A stretch of 34,568 bases of DNA from an uncultured Verrucomicrobiales bacterium. Lineage in GTDB: Bacteria > Verrucomicrobiota > Verrucomicrobiia > Verrucomicrobiales > DEV007. The stretch spans positions 1 through 34,568 of the forward strand of contig CALKOM010000178.1 of NCBI GenBank assembly GCA_938091905.1, in the 5' to 3' direction. Below the pieces are notes generated by a model that was not told the DNA's origin, made no database searches, and saw only the letters and a list, made by a program, of their open reading frames with translations. Positions 1-9,900 of the stretch are shown here, in pieces. The position numbers and the translations under genes are program-made. The first letter of the stretch is position 1; the number at the start of each line of letters is the position of its first letter.

Positions 1-477
1 GACTTCGATCCCTAGGCGTAGCATTTCACCAGCCATCGAACTGTTTGCACCTGCAACCACATGAAAGGACTCCCGCCCCTCGGCATCCAGGCCCACAAAA
101 TGCGTATTCTTTGCATGCCCACCCACGCGCTTAGTCGAGAACTGATAGCTCACCCGAGTCCCATCAATCGGGACCGTTTCACTTGGCGTCGCGACTAACA
201 CCATACTCGCTTCTGGTCGATCAATGATAAAGAACTGATCCTCGCCAACCACTCGCATAAATGCTGATCTAGGCTGCCCCTCTCCCAATCCCATCGGCAA
301 TTCGCCCGACCACAATCCTACTTGTTCAAGGGCTCCATTGAGTGCGCTCATATCATCCTCGAAGGGAGGTACCTCGCCATTCGGGTATTCAAAACCACTA
401 CGGAAGACGACATTCTGTCCAAGTGCAGTCGACATCACTGCAATCACGAAGCTAGCGGCCAAAGGGAAGGGAGTCAT
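1..477 (-). CDS. Hypothetical secreted protein, running off the window edge (not in the ORF track)
   Basis: Manual translation from the ATG at 477 (alternative ATG at 501) gives MTPFPLAASFVIAVMSTALGQNVVFRSGFEYPNGEVPPFEDD..., open to base 1. The N-terminus resembles a signal peptide. Confidence 0.75.
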   Translation of the reverse strand, partial: MTPFPLAASFVIAVMSTALGQNVVFRSGFEYPNGEVPPFEDDMSALNGALEQVGLWSGELPMGLGEGQPRSAFMRVVGEDQFFIIDRPEASMVLVATPSETVPIDGTRVSYQFSTKRVGGHAKNTHFVGLDAEGRESFHVVAGANSSMAGEMLRLGIEV

Positions 478-549
478 GGTATTAATTACCACCAACGTCA
501 TGACGAAGAAGCTTACCCGAGGCAAGGTCTATCGTTTCATCTTGCCGGT

Positions 550-1404
550 TCAACCCTTCAACCGGACGCCAATCTTCTTGAGCGCCTCGAGTTGGTCTTT
601 TTTAATACCCTCATTCCCTTCCAAATACAGACGCAGGAAAGGAGCAAAGCGGGAGTCCCCTTTAGCATCCCTTTCACAAGCAGCCACCAGCGGCCCCAGA
701 TCACTAACCTTGTTGTTTCTCATATCGAGAAAACGAACGTCTCGGATACTCTCAAGTCCCGCTAGACTCTTGAGCCCATTGTCGCGGATCTCTAGACTCT
801 GCAGCCAAGGCAGTTGTCCCACCACACTGATGTCTTCGATCACATTGTCACCCACATAGAGAGACCAAACCTTTTTCAGACCTGCCAAAGAACTGATATC
901 CTTGATACGATTGTCTGTTAGATAAAGCGAGTTCATCTTCTCGAGCCCTTTGAGGGGCGACAGATCTCTGACCTGGTTGTGCTCAAGATTGAGATACTGC
1001 AGGGCTGCTAACGTTCCAACAGGAGTGATGTCCCGGATTTGATTCTTCTCAAGGCTTAGCGACTGCAATCGCTTAAGACCTTTCACCGGGCCAAGGTCTT
1101 CAATCTCGTTCTCCGCAAGACGAATCTCCGCAACACTAACGCAGTGTTCTAGACCTTCGAGACTCTTGATCCCCATCTTGTTCCCGTGAATCACTGAAAC
1201 GTTCCTGACATCCTCTGCCGTCAGAGGCGCATCACTATCACGCTTGGCAAAAACCTGCTTCCGCACCGCGTTCTCGAAATTCTTGTCCGCGAACACACTG
1301 ACCTCAACCTTATTCGGTGCTTCCTCTTTCTTGTCGGGCTTGTCTTGAGCCGAAGAAGGGCCAACCAGAAAGAGGGCAGCGAGAAGCATAGTCGAGGTTT
1401 TCAT
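550..1404 (-). CDS. Secreted leucine-rich repeat (internalin-like) protein
   Basis: Tandem ~22-aa LRRs (LKRLQSLSLEKNQIRDITP, LQYLNLEHNQVRDLSP). Signal peptide MKTSTMLLAALFLVGPSSA suggests a start at 1404 rather than 1458. Confidence 0.9.
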   Translation of the reverse strand: MKTSTMLLAALFLVGPSSAQDKPDKKEEAPNKVEVSVFADKNFENAVRKQVFAKRDSDAPLTAEDVRNVSVIHGNKMGIKSLEGLEHCVSVAEIRLAENEIEDLGPVKGLKRLQSLSLEKNQIRDITPVGTLAALQYLNLEHNQVRDLSPLKGLEKMNSLYLTDNRIKDISSLAGLKKVWSLYVGDNVIEDISVVGQLPWLQSLEIRDNGLKSLAGLESIRDVRFLDMRNNKVSDLGPLVAACERDAKGDSRFAPFLRLYLEGNEGIKKDQLEALKKIGVRLKG

Positions 1405-1529
1405 ACCCAGATTCCTAGCCGATCCTTCGAGACTAGTGCAAAGGGAAATCACGTTCATCGAATTCCTACCGAAGGTATTCTGGAACGTTTCCGTTTAATC
1501 TTATGGAAATTATGTTAAATACAATATGA

Positions 1530-1952
1530 ATGAGCAAGGGAAGTGTGCTGCTGTTCATCGGGCTCGCCGGTCTGCTTCACTATCTCGTGCCGCGCGAGAG
1601 CGACTATGCGCCGCCAGGAATCGAAGGCGAGGGCCTCCCTGTCGTCATTTCTCCTGCGAACTTTGAAAACGAAGTCATCAAGAGCCCCGTGCCGGTCTTG
1701 GCCTATTTCTGGGCTTCCTGGTGAGGCCCCTGCAAGAGCGTGACACCGTTGGTGGAACAAGTAGCGTCAAACATCGGGCTAGATGCCAAGGTCGCCAAGA
1801 TCAACGTCGACCAGAACAAATCCTTGGGGGCACGATTCGGCATCCGAGGAATTCCCACGATGCTGGTCTTCAAGAATGGCCGCGTCGTCGACCAGATTCG
1901 TCCTGGCACAAACGTGGAGCAGAAACTCCTCGCACATGCCGATGGTTTCTAG
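1530..1952 (+). CDS. Thioredoxin with N-terminal hydrophobic anchor and an in-frame TGA (1722-1724) at the active site, probable selenoprotein (WUGPC)
   Basis: Track ORFs 1530..1724 and 1740..1952 share a frame and join as ...NFENEVIKSPVPVLAYFWASW-TGA-GPCKSVTPLVEQVA...KVAKINVDQNKSLGARFGIRGIPTMLVFKNG, a complete Trx fold with the cis-Pro IPT motif. Confidence 0.85.
1725..1764 (+). promoter_or_regulatory. Candidate bacterial SECIS hairpin
   Basis: Hairpin CACC(1744-1747)-GTT-GGTG(1751-1754) has a loop starting with G, 23 nt after the UGA. A possible lower stem is CTGC(1730-1733)/GTAG(1761-1764). Confidence 0.45.
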
Positions 1953-2007
1953 CATCGCACTCTTCTCTTGAAGACTGGCAGGATGGAGTTCAGCCTCCAA
2001 GCCTGCA

Positions 2008-2793
2008 ATGACGGACAAAACGAATCTCAAACACTTCTTTCATTCCGCAACCAATCGCACGGTGATGATCCCGATCGATCACGGTATGCTTCTGCCCGTT
2101 CCTGGTCTCGAAGACACGGGCGCCCTGATCAAAGCCTTGAAGCCGTATTGCGACGGCTTCATTGTGAACCTTGGCGTAGCCCGCGCCTTTGCCGATGAAC
2201 TCTCTGGGAAAGGAGTCGTCCTCCGCACTGACACGGGAAATACCTGTATCGAGAACAGCAACGCCGACGGCTCGTTCAGAATCTATGGCATTGAAGAAGC
2301 CAAAGCCGTCGGCGCTCACGCCCTCATGAACATGACCTTTCCGGGGCATCCTCGCGAAATGACCAATCTCATTGATTGCGCCAACCTCATCTCCGATTGC
2401 CTCGATGAACCCCACCCAATCATGCTAGAGTCTCTTCCTTACGGCCTCGGCAAAGGCTGGGACTACACGCCTGAGAAGATTCACTTCAGCATGCGCTTAG
2501 CCTGTGAGTTAGGAGCTGACGTGGTCAAAACCGCTTATCCTGGAGACAAAGAGGCCTTCAAACGTACCGTCGATGAAGCCTATGTGCCCGTAGTCATTCT
2601 CGGCGGTGCCTCCAGTGGCGATCAAGAAAGCGTCCTTCGGGACGTGGCCGATGCCATTTCCGTAGGAGCCGCTGGCATCGCCGTCGGTCGAAACGTGTGG
2701 CAAGCTCCCGATCCCGTGAAGATGGCCAAGGCTCTGCACGCCATCGTTCACGAGAATGCCTCTGCAGATCAAGCGTCCCTAGCACTAGACTAG
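2008..2793 (+). CDS. Class I aldolase, DhnA/FbaB/LsrF family
   Basis: IPIDHG motif, ELGADVVKTAY with the Schiff-base Lys, VVILGG, and GAAGIAVGRNVWQ. Confidence 0.9.
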   Translation: MTDKTNLKHFFHSATNRTVMIPIDHGMLLPVPGLEDTGALIKALKPYCDGFIVNLGVARAFADELSGKGVVLRTDTGNTCIENSNADGSFRIYGIEEAKAVGAHALMNMTFPGHPREMTNLIDCANLISDCLDEPHPIMLESLPYGLGKGWDYTPEKIHFSMRLACELGADVVKTAYPGDKEAFKRTVDEAYVPVVILGGASSGDQESVLRDVADAISVGAAGIAVGRNVWQAPDPVKMAKALHAIVHENASADQASLALD

Positions 2794-2809
2794 CGCATTC
2801 ACACGAATC

Positions 2810-4477
2810 ATGGCCGTTGTTCTCGTCCTCAACCGTGAACGACACGTCGCCGCCATGACGCGATGGTCCGTCCACTTCGCTCGCGGATTAGACGAGAGTC
2901 TGCACATCGTCTCAGCCAAGGCTGGAGCTGAAGACTTCCAGAATCACGAACCCGAAGAGGGATCCCGTTGGGATGAGGTGAAAGCTGCCTTGTTAGATCT
3001 CGGCCTAACAGCAAACAGATCGACCAAGGATGAAGCGACCACGTCACATATTCCCGTAACCACACGAGAGATTACTGATAGAACACGCGAAGAAGCCATT
3101 CTGCACTACATCGATGAGAAGAAGGGAAACCTTCTTGTCATCGGCAAGCAACTCAGCGCACGTAGCAATCAGGCCGAAGAAGGACGCCTCGTTCGCCAGC
3201 TCTTCGACGTCGCCCCTTGCACCACCTTGCTCCTCAGGCTTGGAAACCACGATGGCTCCCACTGTCAATCTCTGCTCGTGCCCACGCGCAATGGCGAGCA
3301 AGCCGGTGCCGCGATGCGCTTAGGCTACGCCATGTCACGCAAGCACGAAGCGATTATGAGAGCTATCACGGTCGAGCCACACGTGGGGCCAGATGCCCGA
3401 GCCCTCGGCCAAGCCGTTCTCTCACGCGCCCTCAAACGCGGTAAAGTCGACGAGGAAGATACGCGAGTCATCCGGAAAATCGTCTTAGCCAATGATGTTT
3501 CTAGAGCCATCGCAGACGAGGCTGAGGCCGCCGCTACCGACCTTCTTCTGTTAGGCTCAGCCAAAGGCGTCGGCTTGCGCAGGCGACTCTTTGGCACCGT
3601 TCCCGACAATCTCTTCAATCGTCCTGGTGGCATGGCGGTCGGCGTCATTCGCGATGCGCTTCCCGCAGGACAAGCGTTAGGTGGGAAGGTTGAACGCTGG
3701 TTGCGCCATTACCTCCCTCCACTGAGTCGGGACCAACGCTTGGAAATGTTCGAAAAACTCCAAGTTGGGTCCTCCCTTAGCATCGACTTCATCGTGCTCA
3801 TCTCCCTGAGCACACTCATCGCCGCACTCGGACTGGTTCAGGGAAGCGCCGCAGTCGTCATCGGTGCGATGTTAGTCGCCCCCCTCATGACCCCTCTACT
3901 GGGCGCGGGGTTAGGCCTCGTTCAGGGCAATGTGCCTATGATTAGAAGCTGCGTGCTCTCAATCATTGTCGGCTTCTTCATTGCCTTCATCGTAGGCTGT
4001 TTCATCGGCCTTGTTACTTACCCTTGGCTCGGTATTGAATATGTAGATGAGTGGCTAAGTTATGTCCTCAAGCCTAGTACTCCCCTTTTACACACATCCG
4101 AGCTCATCTCCCGAACCGAACCGGGTATCCTCGATCTCGGTGTTGCCTTCGTGTCTGGAATCGCCGCCTCTTTCTGCCTAGCCCGGCCTGGTCTCTCCTC
4201 CGCGCTTGCAGGCGTTGCGATTGCCGCCGCCTTGGTCCCACCCATAGCGACATCAGGCATCGCCTTAGCCTACGTAGGCTGGGTAGCATCAGGCCTCGCA
4301 GCACTCCTCTTCACGACAAATGTGGTCGCCATTATTCTTGGAAGCTCGCTGACATTCTTCCTTATTGGCATACGCGGAATCAGTGAACCCAAAGCCGTGT
4401 TTGGCCGTCGCATTATCCTTACTCTTTTTCTTGGCTTCATTGTGCTAAGTATCATCTTCACGCAATCCATTCTCTAA
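2810..4477 (+). CDS. Tandem universal stress protein-like domains fused to a DUF389 membrane domain
   Basis: The N-terminal half has USP-like motifs (NLLVIGKQ, DLLLLGS...LFGTVPD). The C-terminal half has DUF389 signatures (SAAVVIGAMLVAPLMTP, LAGVAIAAALVPP) and several TM segments. Confidence 0.85.
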   Translation: MAVVLVLNRERHVAAMTRWSVHFARGLDESLHIVSAKAGAEDFQNHEPEEGSRWDEVKAALLDLGLTANRSTKDEATTSHIPVTTREITDRTREEAILHYIDEKKGNLLVIGKQLSARSNQAEEGRLVRQLFDVAPCTTLLLRLGNHDGSHCQSLLVPTRNGEQAGAAMRLGYAMSRKHEAIMRAITVEPHVGPDARALGQAVLSRALKRGKVDEEDTRVIRKIVLANDVSRAIADEAEAAATDLLLLGSAKGVGLRRRLFGTVPDNLFNRPGGMAVGVIRDALPAGQALGGKVERWLRHYLPPLSRDQRLEMFEKLQVGSSLSIDFIVLISLSTLIAALGLVQGSAAVVIGAMLVAPLMTPLLGAGLGLVQGNVPMIRSCVLSIIVGFFIAFIVGCFIGLVTYPWLGIEYVDEWLSYVLKPSTPLLHTSELISRTEPGILDLGVAFVSGIAASFCLARPGLSSALAGVAIAAALVPPIATSGIALAYVGWVASGLAALLFTTNVVAIILGSSLTFFLIGIRGISEPKAVFGRRIILTLFLGFIVLSIIFTQSIL

Positions 4478-4482
4478 AGCGT

Positions 4483-5694
4483 ATGACCAACCACCTCCAA
4501 GCGATCAATGACCTTCTAGAGTTGGTTCACACGGAAGGCAATGCGTTTCAAAGTGAACGAGTGCCAAAGCAGGTCGACTCATTAGACCACTTTCGCAGAG
4601 TCGTGCCATTTACGACCAAAAACGACCTCGCCACAGACCGCGAAATCAATACCCCATTCGGTAGCAATCTTACTTTTCCACTAGAGCGCTACACCCGCTA
4701 CTGCCAAACGAGCGGCACCAGTGGACAACCACTCCCCTGGATCGATACCCCGGAAAGCTGGCAGTCGATGTTAGACTGCTGGAAACAGGTTCATGCTGCT
4801 GCTGGTCTTTCCTCTCCCAGTGAACGCATCTTCTTTGCGTTCTCCTTCGGCCCCTTCCTTGGCTTCTGGACAGCCTACGAAGCCGCCACCCAGTTAGGAT
4901 TTCTCGCGATCCCAGGCGGCGGTATGCGTAGCGAAGCCCGCCTGCAGATGATGAAACGCTTTGAAGTCACAGCCCTTTGCGGCACGCCTACTTACTGCCT
5001 GAGACTCGGCAGCCTCGCTCAAGAACTGGGACTCTCATTTCCCAATCTAAAAGCCCTACTTGTGGCCGGGGAACCTGGCGGCAGCATTCCCGAAGTGCGC
5101 TCCCGCCTAACTAAACTTTGGGGTGATCACGTTCGCGTCTGCGATCATCACGGCCTCACCGAAACCGGCCCTGTCACCCATCAAGATCCCGATACTCCAG
5201 GTCGTCTCATCGTCATGGAAGATGCCTTTTGCCCAGAAATTCTCGATCCTGACACTGACCAAGAAGTCACTGACGGCCAAACCGGCGAACTCGTCCTAAC
5301 AACGCTTAAACGAACCGCCTGCCCCCTCTTCCGTTACCGAACCGGAGATCTTGTCCGCAAGCTTCACACCAACAATCAGCTCGTCCTCGACGGCGGAATC
5401 TTGGGCCGAATCGACGACATGGTCCTCGTTCGTGGTGTCAATGTTTACCCCAGCGCCATTGAACGTGTTGTCCGCCGCTTCGACGACATCGGCGAATACC
5501 GGGTGGTTCAATCCTCACAAAACAATATGGTGGAACTTAGGCTCGAGATAGAAGCTGCCACCGCCAGCAACCTCAGCAAAGGTCTCCAAGAAGCCCTCTG
5601 GGACCAATTCCAGCTTCGCATCCCCGTTGAGACGGTCGAGCCCGGCACCCTTCCCGAACAAGAGTTCAAAGCAAAGCGCTGGATGAAGACCTAG
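4483..5694 (+). CDS. Phenylacetate-CoA ligase family (PaaK-like) adenylate-forming enzyme
   Basis: QTSGTSG P-loop, PFTTKNDL, AGEPGG, HGLTETG, RYRTGDL and GRIDDMVLVRGVNVYPS motifs. Confidence 0.88.
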   Translation: MTNHLQAINDLLELVHTEGNAFQSERVPKQVDSLDHFRRVVPFTTKNDLATDREINTPFGSNLTFPLERYTRYCQTSGTSGQPLPWIDTPESWQSMLDCWKQVHAAAGLSSPSERIFFAFSFGPFLGFWTAYEAATQLGFLAIPGGGMRSEARLQMMKRFEVTALCGTPTYCLRLGSLAQELGLSFPNLKALLVAGEPGGSIPEVRSRLTKLWGDHVRVCDHHGLTETGPVTHQDPDTPGRLIVMEDAFCPEILDPDTDQEVTDGQTGELVLTTLKRTACPLFRYRTGDLVRKLHTNNQLVLDGGILGRIDDMVLVRGVNVYPSAIERVVRRFDDIGEYRVVQSSQNNMVELRLEIEAATASNLSKGLQEALWDQFQLRIPVETVEPGTLPEQEFKAKRWMKT

Positions 5695-6303
5695 CAGGCA
5701 GGCCTTTCAACACTGATCATTTCTCACTTCTATCATTCACGCCACTACTTCCATAATTATCTCTCACAGGGTCTCCTGAACTTTGATCCAGCCAGTCGCG
5801 TGTGGATTGAATTCACTGCTGATGGAGCAAAAAAACAGGAAAACTTCAGATACAGCTGTCTGTTGACGGAGTAACGCCTCACTCAGCTCCTGCCGGTTGG
5901 AGTCATCCTGCTCGCTCCCCGAGTTGATCTTGCCGTCCCGCCAGACAGACATCAAACACTCATTGGTCAGGATATAGGGGTACACTTTGAGCATGTAGTT
6001 TGAATGGGCGGGGCAGCCACTCTCAATCCCGGCACGTCCTTTCCGCGGGCGTTGACTGGCTGGATCTTCTCCCACTATGACTCGACCGGGAGATCCAACG
6101 AGCCGCCTGCCATCATCATCTGGACCGGTTTGCCCTTCGCGCGCCTGACTCACTAACTTAGTCCCTTCATCATATTGATCGCCCCGGGGGCCGGAAGTCT
6201 ATCTCCTCAGCCCCTCGCAACCTGTCCGGGAAGCCGCGATGAATCGCTCCCAGTTCAATACGCACACTTGCCGCTGGCGGCGTTCCGTGCAAACTCGTCG
6301 ACT

Positions 6304-6978
6304 ATGGACAAACAGCTGGTGGAATTGAATTCAGTGAGCAAGCGCTACGGTGATCGCGTGATCCTCGATGGCGTGGATTTGACCCTGAATCCGGGTGACC
6401 GATTAGCCATTGTCGGCCCCTCAGGGTCAGGAAAAAGCACCTTGCTCAATGTCATCGGATTGCTGGACCAGCCAGATGCCGGTACCTATACGATCGATGG
6501 CACGCCTACGGAGGGAATGTCGGAGAATGCGAAGGCAGCCCTTCGAAGTAAAGCGATCGGGTTCATCTTTCAGCTTCATCATCTCTTGCCCCAGTTATCG
6601 GTGTTAGAGAATGTGACCTTTCCCGCGCACGCCCTGGCAGTGAAACCGAACTGGAGCGACATCGAAGCACGCGGTCGGGATTTGTTAGACAAGGTTGGCT
6701 TGAAAGACCAAGAATCCAAGTTTCCAGCCCAGCTTTCGGGCGGAGAACGCCAACGTGTGGCGGTTGTTCGAGCCTTGATCAATCAACCGAAGTTGCTCCT
6801 CGCTGACGAGCCCACAGGAGCGTTAGATCGGGCCAATGCAGATTCCCTGACGGATTTGCTCCTGGAATTGAACGAATCTGAGGGCATTGCCCTGGTCGTG
6901 GTGACCCACGATGCGGCGATTGCGAAGGCCGTGGGATCCGTCGTCGAAATTCAGAATGGAAAGCTAGAAAGCCTCTAA
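6304..6978 (+). CDS. ABC transporter ATP-binding protein, LolD/MacB family
   Basis: Walker A GPSGSGKST, signature LSGGERQRV, Walker B LLLADEPTGALD and H-loop VTHD. The likely start is the ATG at 6304 (MDKQLVEL). Confidence 0.95.
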   Translation: MDKQLVELNSVSKRYGDRVILDGVDLTLNPGDRLAIVGPSGSGKSTLLNVIGLLDQPDAGTYTIDGTPTEGMSENAKAALRSKAIGFIFQLHHLLPQLSVLENVTFPAHALAVKPNWSDIEARGRDLLDKVGLKDQESKFPAQLSGGERQRVAVVRALINQPKLLLADEPTGALDRANADSLTDLLLELNESEGIALVVVTHDAAIAKAVGSVVEIQNGKLESL

Positions 6979-6981
6979 GCC

Positions 6982-9900
6982 ATGTTTCCTTACATTCTTA
7001 AAAGCCTGCGGCACTACTGGCGCACCCACCTTGCCGTGCTCGCAGGCGTCTTTGTCGCCTCGACGGTTCTGACGGGAGCCCTCTTTGTTGGAAACTCGGT
7101 CAAGGCGAGCTTAAAGCAATTGATCGAGGAACGCAGCGGCGGTATCCAAGCTGTCTTGTTAGGCAATGATCGCTTCTTCTCGCAGGCACTGGCTACGAAA
7201 GTCGCCGCTTCGACCAAGGCCACCATCTTGCCCGTCGTACAGGTGCAAGGAACCATCACCGATGAAACCTCCACCACCCGCGTGAATGCTATCAGCGTCA
7301 TTGGCGTGCCCGATACGTTCTGGAGTATTCGTGGAGAACGTGCCTCGATCGCGCCCGGAGAAACGTGGATCAACGAAGCTCTTGCTCAACAACTTAACAT
7401 CAAAGTAGGTGATACCGTCATCGCCAGAGTCGAACAGCCCGGCGCGATCTCTCGCGATGCTCCGCTTTCAGGGGAAAGCGACGCGGTGGTGCCGCTTCGA
7501 TTGGATGTGTCCAAGATTCTGACCGGTAGTGAATTTGGCAATTACAGCATCAAGGCTGAGCAGACTGCGCCCAACAATCTGTTTCTGTCCATTGGAGAAT
7601 TAGCGAAATCGCTAGACAAAGTTGACCGGGCTAATCTCCTCCTAGTTCTGGGTGACACTCCCCTACCCGATCTTGAGACGGCCATCGACGAGGCCTGGAC
7701 CACTGATGACACCGACTTGGCGCTGCACGAACGTGAGGGCGATTGGGAAATCGTCAGCCGTCGTGTGCTCGTCGATTGGCGAGCTGAAGAGATTGTCCGT
7801 GAAGCCGCTCCAGATGGTAACGGAGTGTTCACTTACCTGATCAACGGCATCAAAGGCGGCAATGGCGAAGCGCCCTATAGCATGGTGGCGGCGGTAGAGC
7901 CAGGCACAGGGCCTGTTCCGGAGGATCTGAAGGAGAACGAAACCGTGATCAATCAATGGCTCGCGGAGGACCTTGGACTAGCCCCTGGAGATGAAGTCGC
8001 CATGAGCTACAATGTGTTCTCACCAGGAAGAAAGTTAGAGGAGAAGAGCACGACATTCACGGTGCACAGCATCTTGCCGATGACCGATGGCTCCATGCAT
8101 GCCCGGTGGACGCCTGACTTTCCAGGCGTGTCTGAGGCCGACAACTGCCGAGATTGGAAACCGGGAATCCCTGTCGATTTGGAGAAGATTCGCGACAAAG
8201 ACGAAACCTATTGGGATGACTATAAGGGAACACCAAAAGCTTTTATTTCCCTAAGCGCTGGCCAGGAAGCCTGGAGCAACCGCTTTGGACAGCTGACGTC
8301 CTATCGCTTTCCGAAGGGATTCGATGGCGAGAGTTTCAAAGCGACGCTTGACGAGAAGCTCAAGCCTGGCGAGTTCGGTGTGCATCTCATCGATCTTGCG
8401 CAGAGCCGAGAACAAGCGGTCACCCACTCACTCGATCTGGGGCTTTATCTGACGGCTCTGAGCTACTTCATCATTCTCGCCGCGATTATCCTGACCGTGT
8501 TGCTCTTCGCTCTTGGACTCGACCAACGCGAATCACAGATTGGCACGCTCCGAGCCCTCGGCTTCACGTCCAAGTTTGCTCGCAAGGCCTACTTCATCGA
8601 GGGTGGAATCGTTGCTTTGCTAGGAAGCCTTCTGGGAATTCTTGGAGGGCTCGGCTACACGAAGGCCATGATTGGCGCGCTGACGTCTGTGTGGAAAGGA
8701 GCCATTGGCGGGCTTCAGATTGTCTATGCTCCAAACATGGCCTCGGGGCTCATGGGAGCCTACGGCATGTTCTTCATGGCCATCATCGCGATCTACTTTG
8801 CCACGCGGCGCATTTCCAAACACACCCCACTCAAACTGATGACCGGCGCAAGCGTGACGCAGTATGTTCAGCACGCAGCGTCCAACTCTCGGCTCAAACA
8901 AAAGGCGTTCTGGGGCATGCTCCTGGCTGGCCTACTTGCCCTTGCCTCTCTACTAGGAGGTCGTTCTCAACCTAGCGCCATGGCGCAGACAATTTCCTTC
9001 TTCTCAGGCGGGATGCTGACCCTAGTGGCCGGCCTTTGTGGCTCTTCACTGCTTCTCGCCGGTTCCCATCGTTGGCTTGCCCAACGGCGCGATCTCGTTT
9101 CCCTTGGCATTCGCAACAGCGCTAGGAAACGTGGCCGTAGCCTCTCGGTCATTGTCATCATGGCAGCTGGTGTCTTCATGGTCTGTGCCACGAACGCCTT
9201 CCGTCAAGAAGCGACCCAGGACGCCGACGTTCGTGCCTCTGGCACCGGAGGTTTCCGCTATGTAGGCGAGTCTTCGTTGCCCATCTATGAGGACCTCAAT
9301 ACGCCAGCGGCCAAGATACAGTATGGCCTAGATGACGAAGGCGCAGCGTTCTCCATGATTCCCTTCCGCGTCCGAGAAGGTGAAGAAGCAAGCTGCCTCA
9401 ATCTCAACCAGGCCCAGCGTCCTCGGCTCATGTCGGTGAATCCGAAGTCGCTTGCCGACCTTAACGCGTTCACTTTTCAAGTAGGTTCTGATTGGAAAAT
9501 CCTATCAGAACCCTTACCTGATGGGGCCATCCCTGCGGTCATGGACATGAATTCCGCCACTTACGCTCTCAAGGTAAAAGTCGGTGATGACATACTTTAT
9601 GAGAATGAATTGGGCGAGATTCTCCGTATTCGGCTCGTAGGTATTCTCCAGAACTCACTTTTGCAGGGTAGCGTCATCATCTCAGAAAAGAACTTCCTGA
9701 ACGAGTTCCCATCGGCTGGCGGCTACCGCTATTTCCTGGTGGACGCGCCTGCTGAAACTGCAGAGAAGGCGAAAGCCGCAATGACTCGCATGTTAGGAGA
9801 CTGGGGACTGAGCCTCACTTCGGCAGCAGACCGCCTCGATGCTTATAATAATGTTCAGAACACCTACCTGAAAATGTTTAGCACACTCGGAGGACTCGGC

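Noticed and set aside
322..859. Plus-strand ORFs 322..765 and 338..859, and the many other short track ORFs overlapping long genes
   Set aside because: They are antisense or alternative-frame shadows of well-supported genes and have no recognisable motifs.
1722..1724. Genome-wide UGA reassignment (to Trp or Gly) as the explanation for the in-frame TGA
   Set aside because: Several intact genes end in TGA at their natural C-termini (for example the LRR gene at 550, the cytochrome-LRR gene at 20739 and the anti-sigma at 30133). Trp is encoded by TGG, and this position aligns with Cys.
6175..6303. 43-aa N-terminal extension of the ABC ATPase
   Set aside because: It uses a TTG start and looks unlike protein. 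The family-typical N-terminus begins at ATG 6304.
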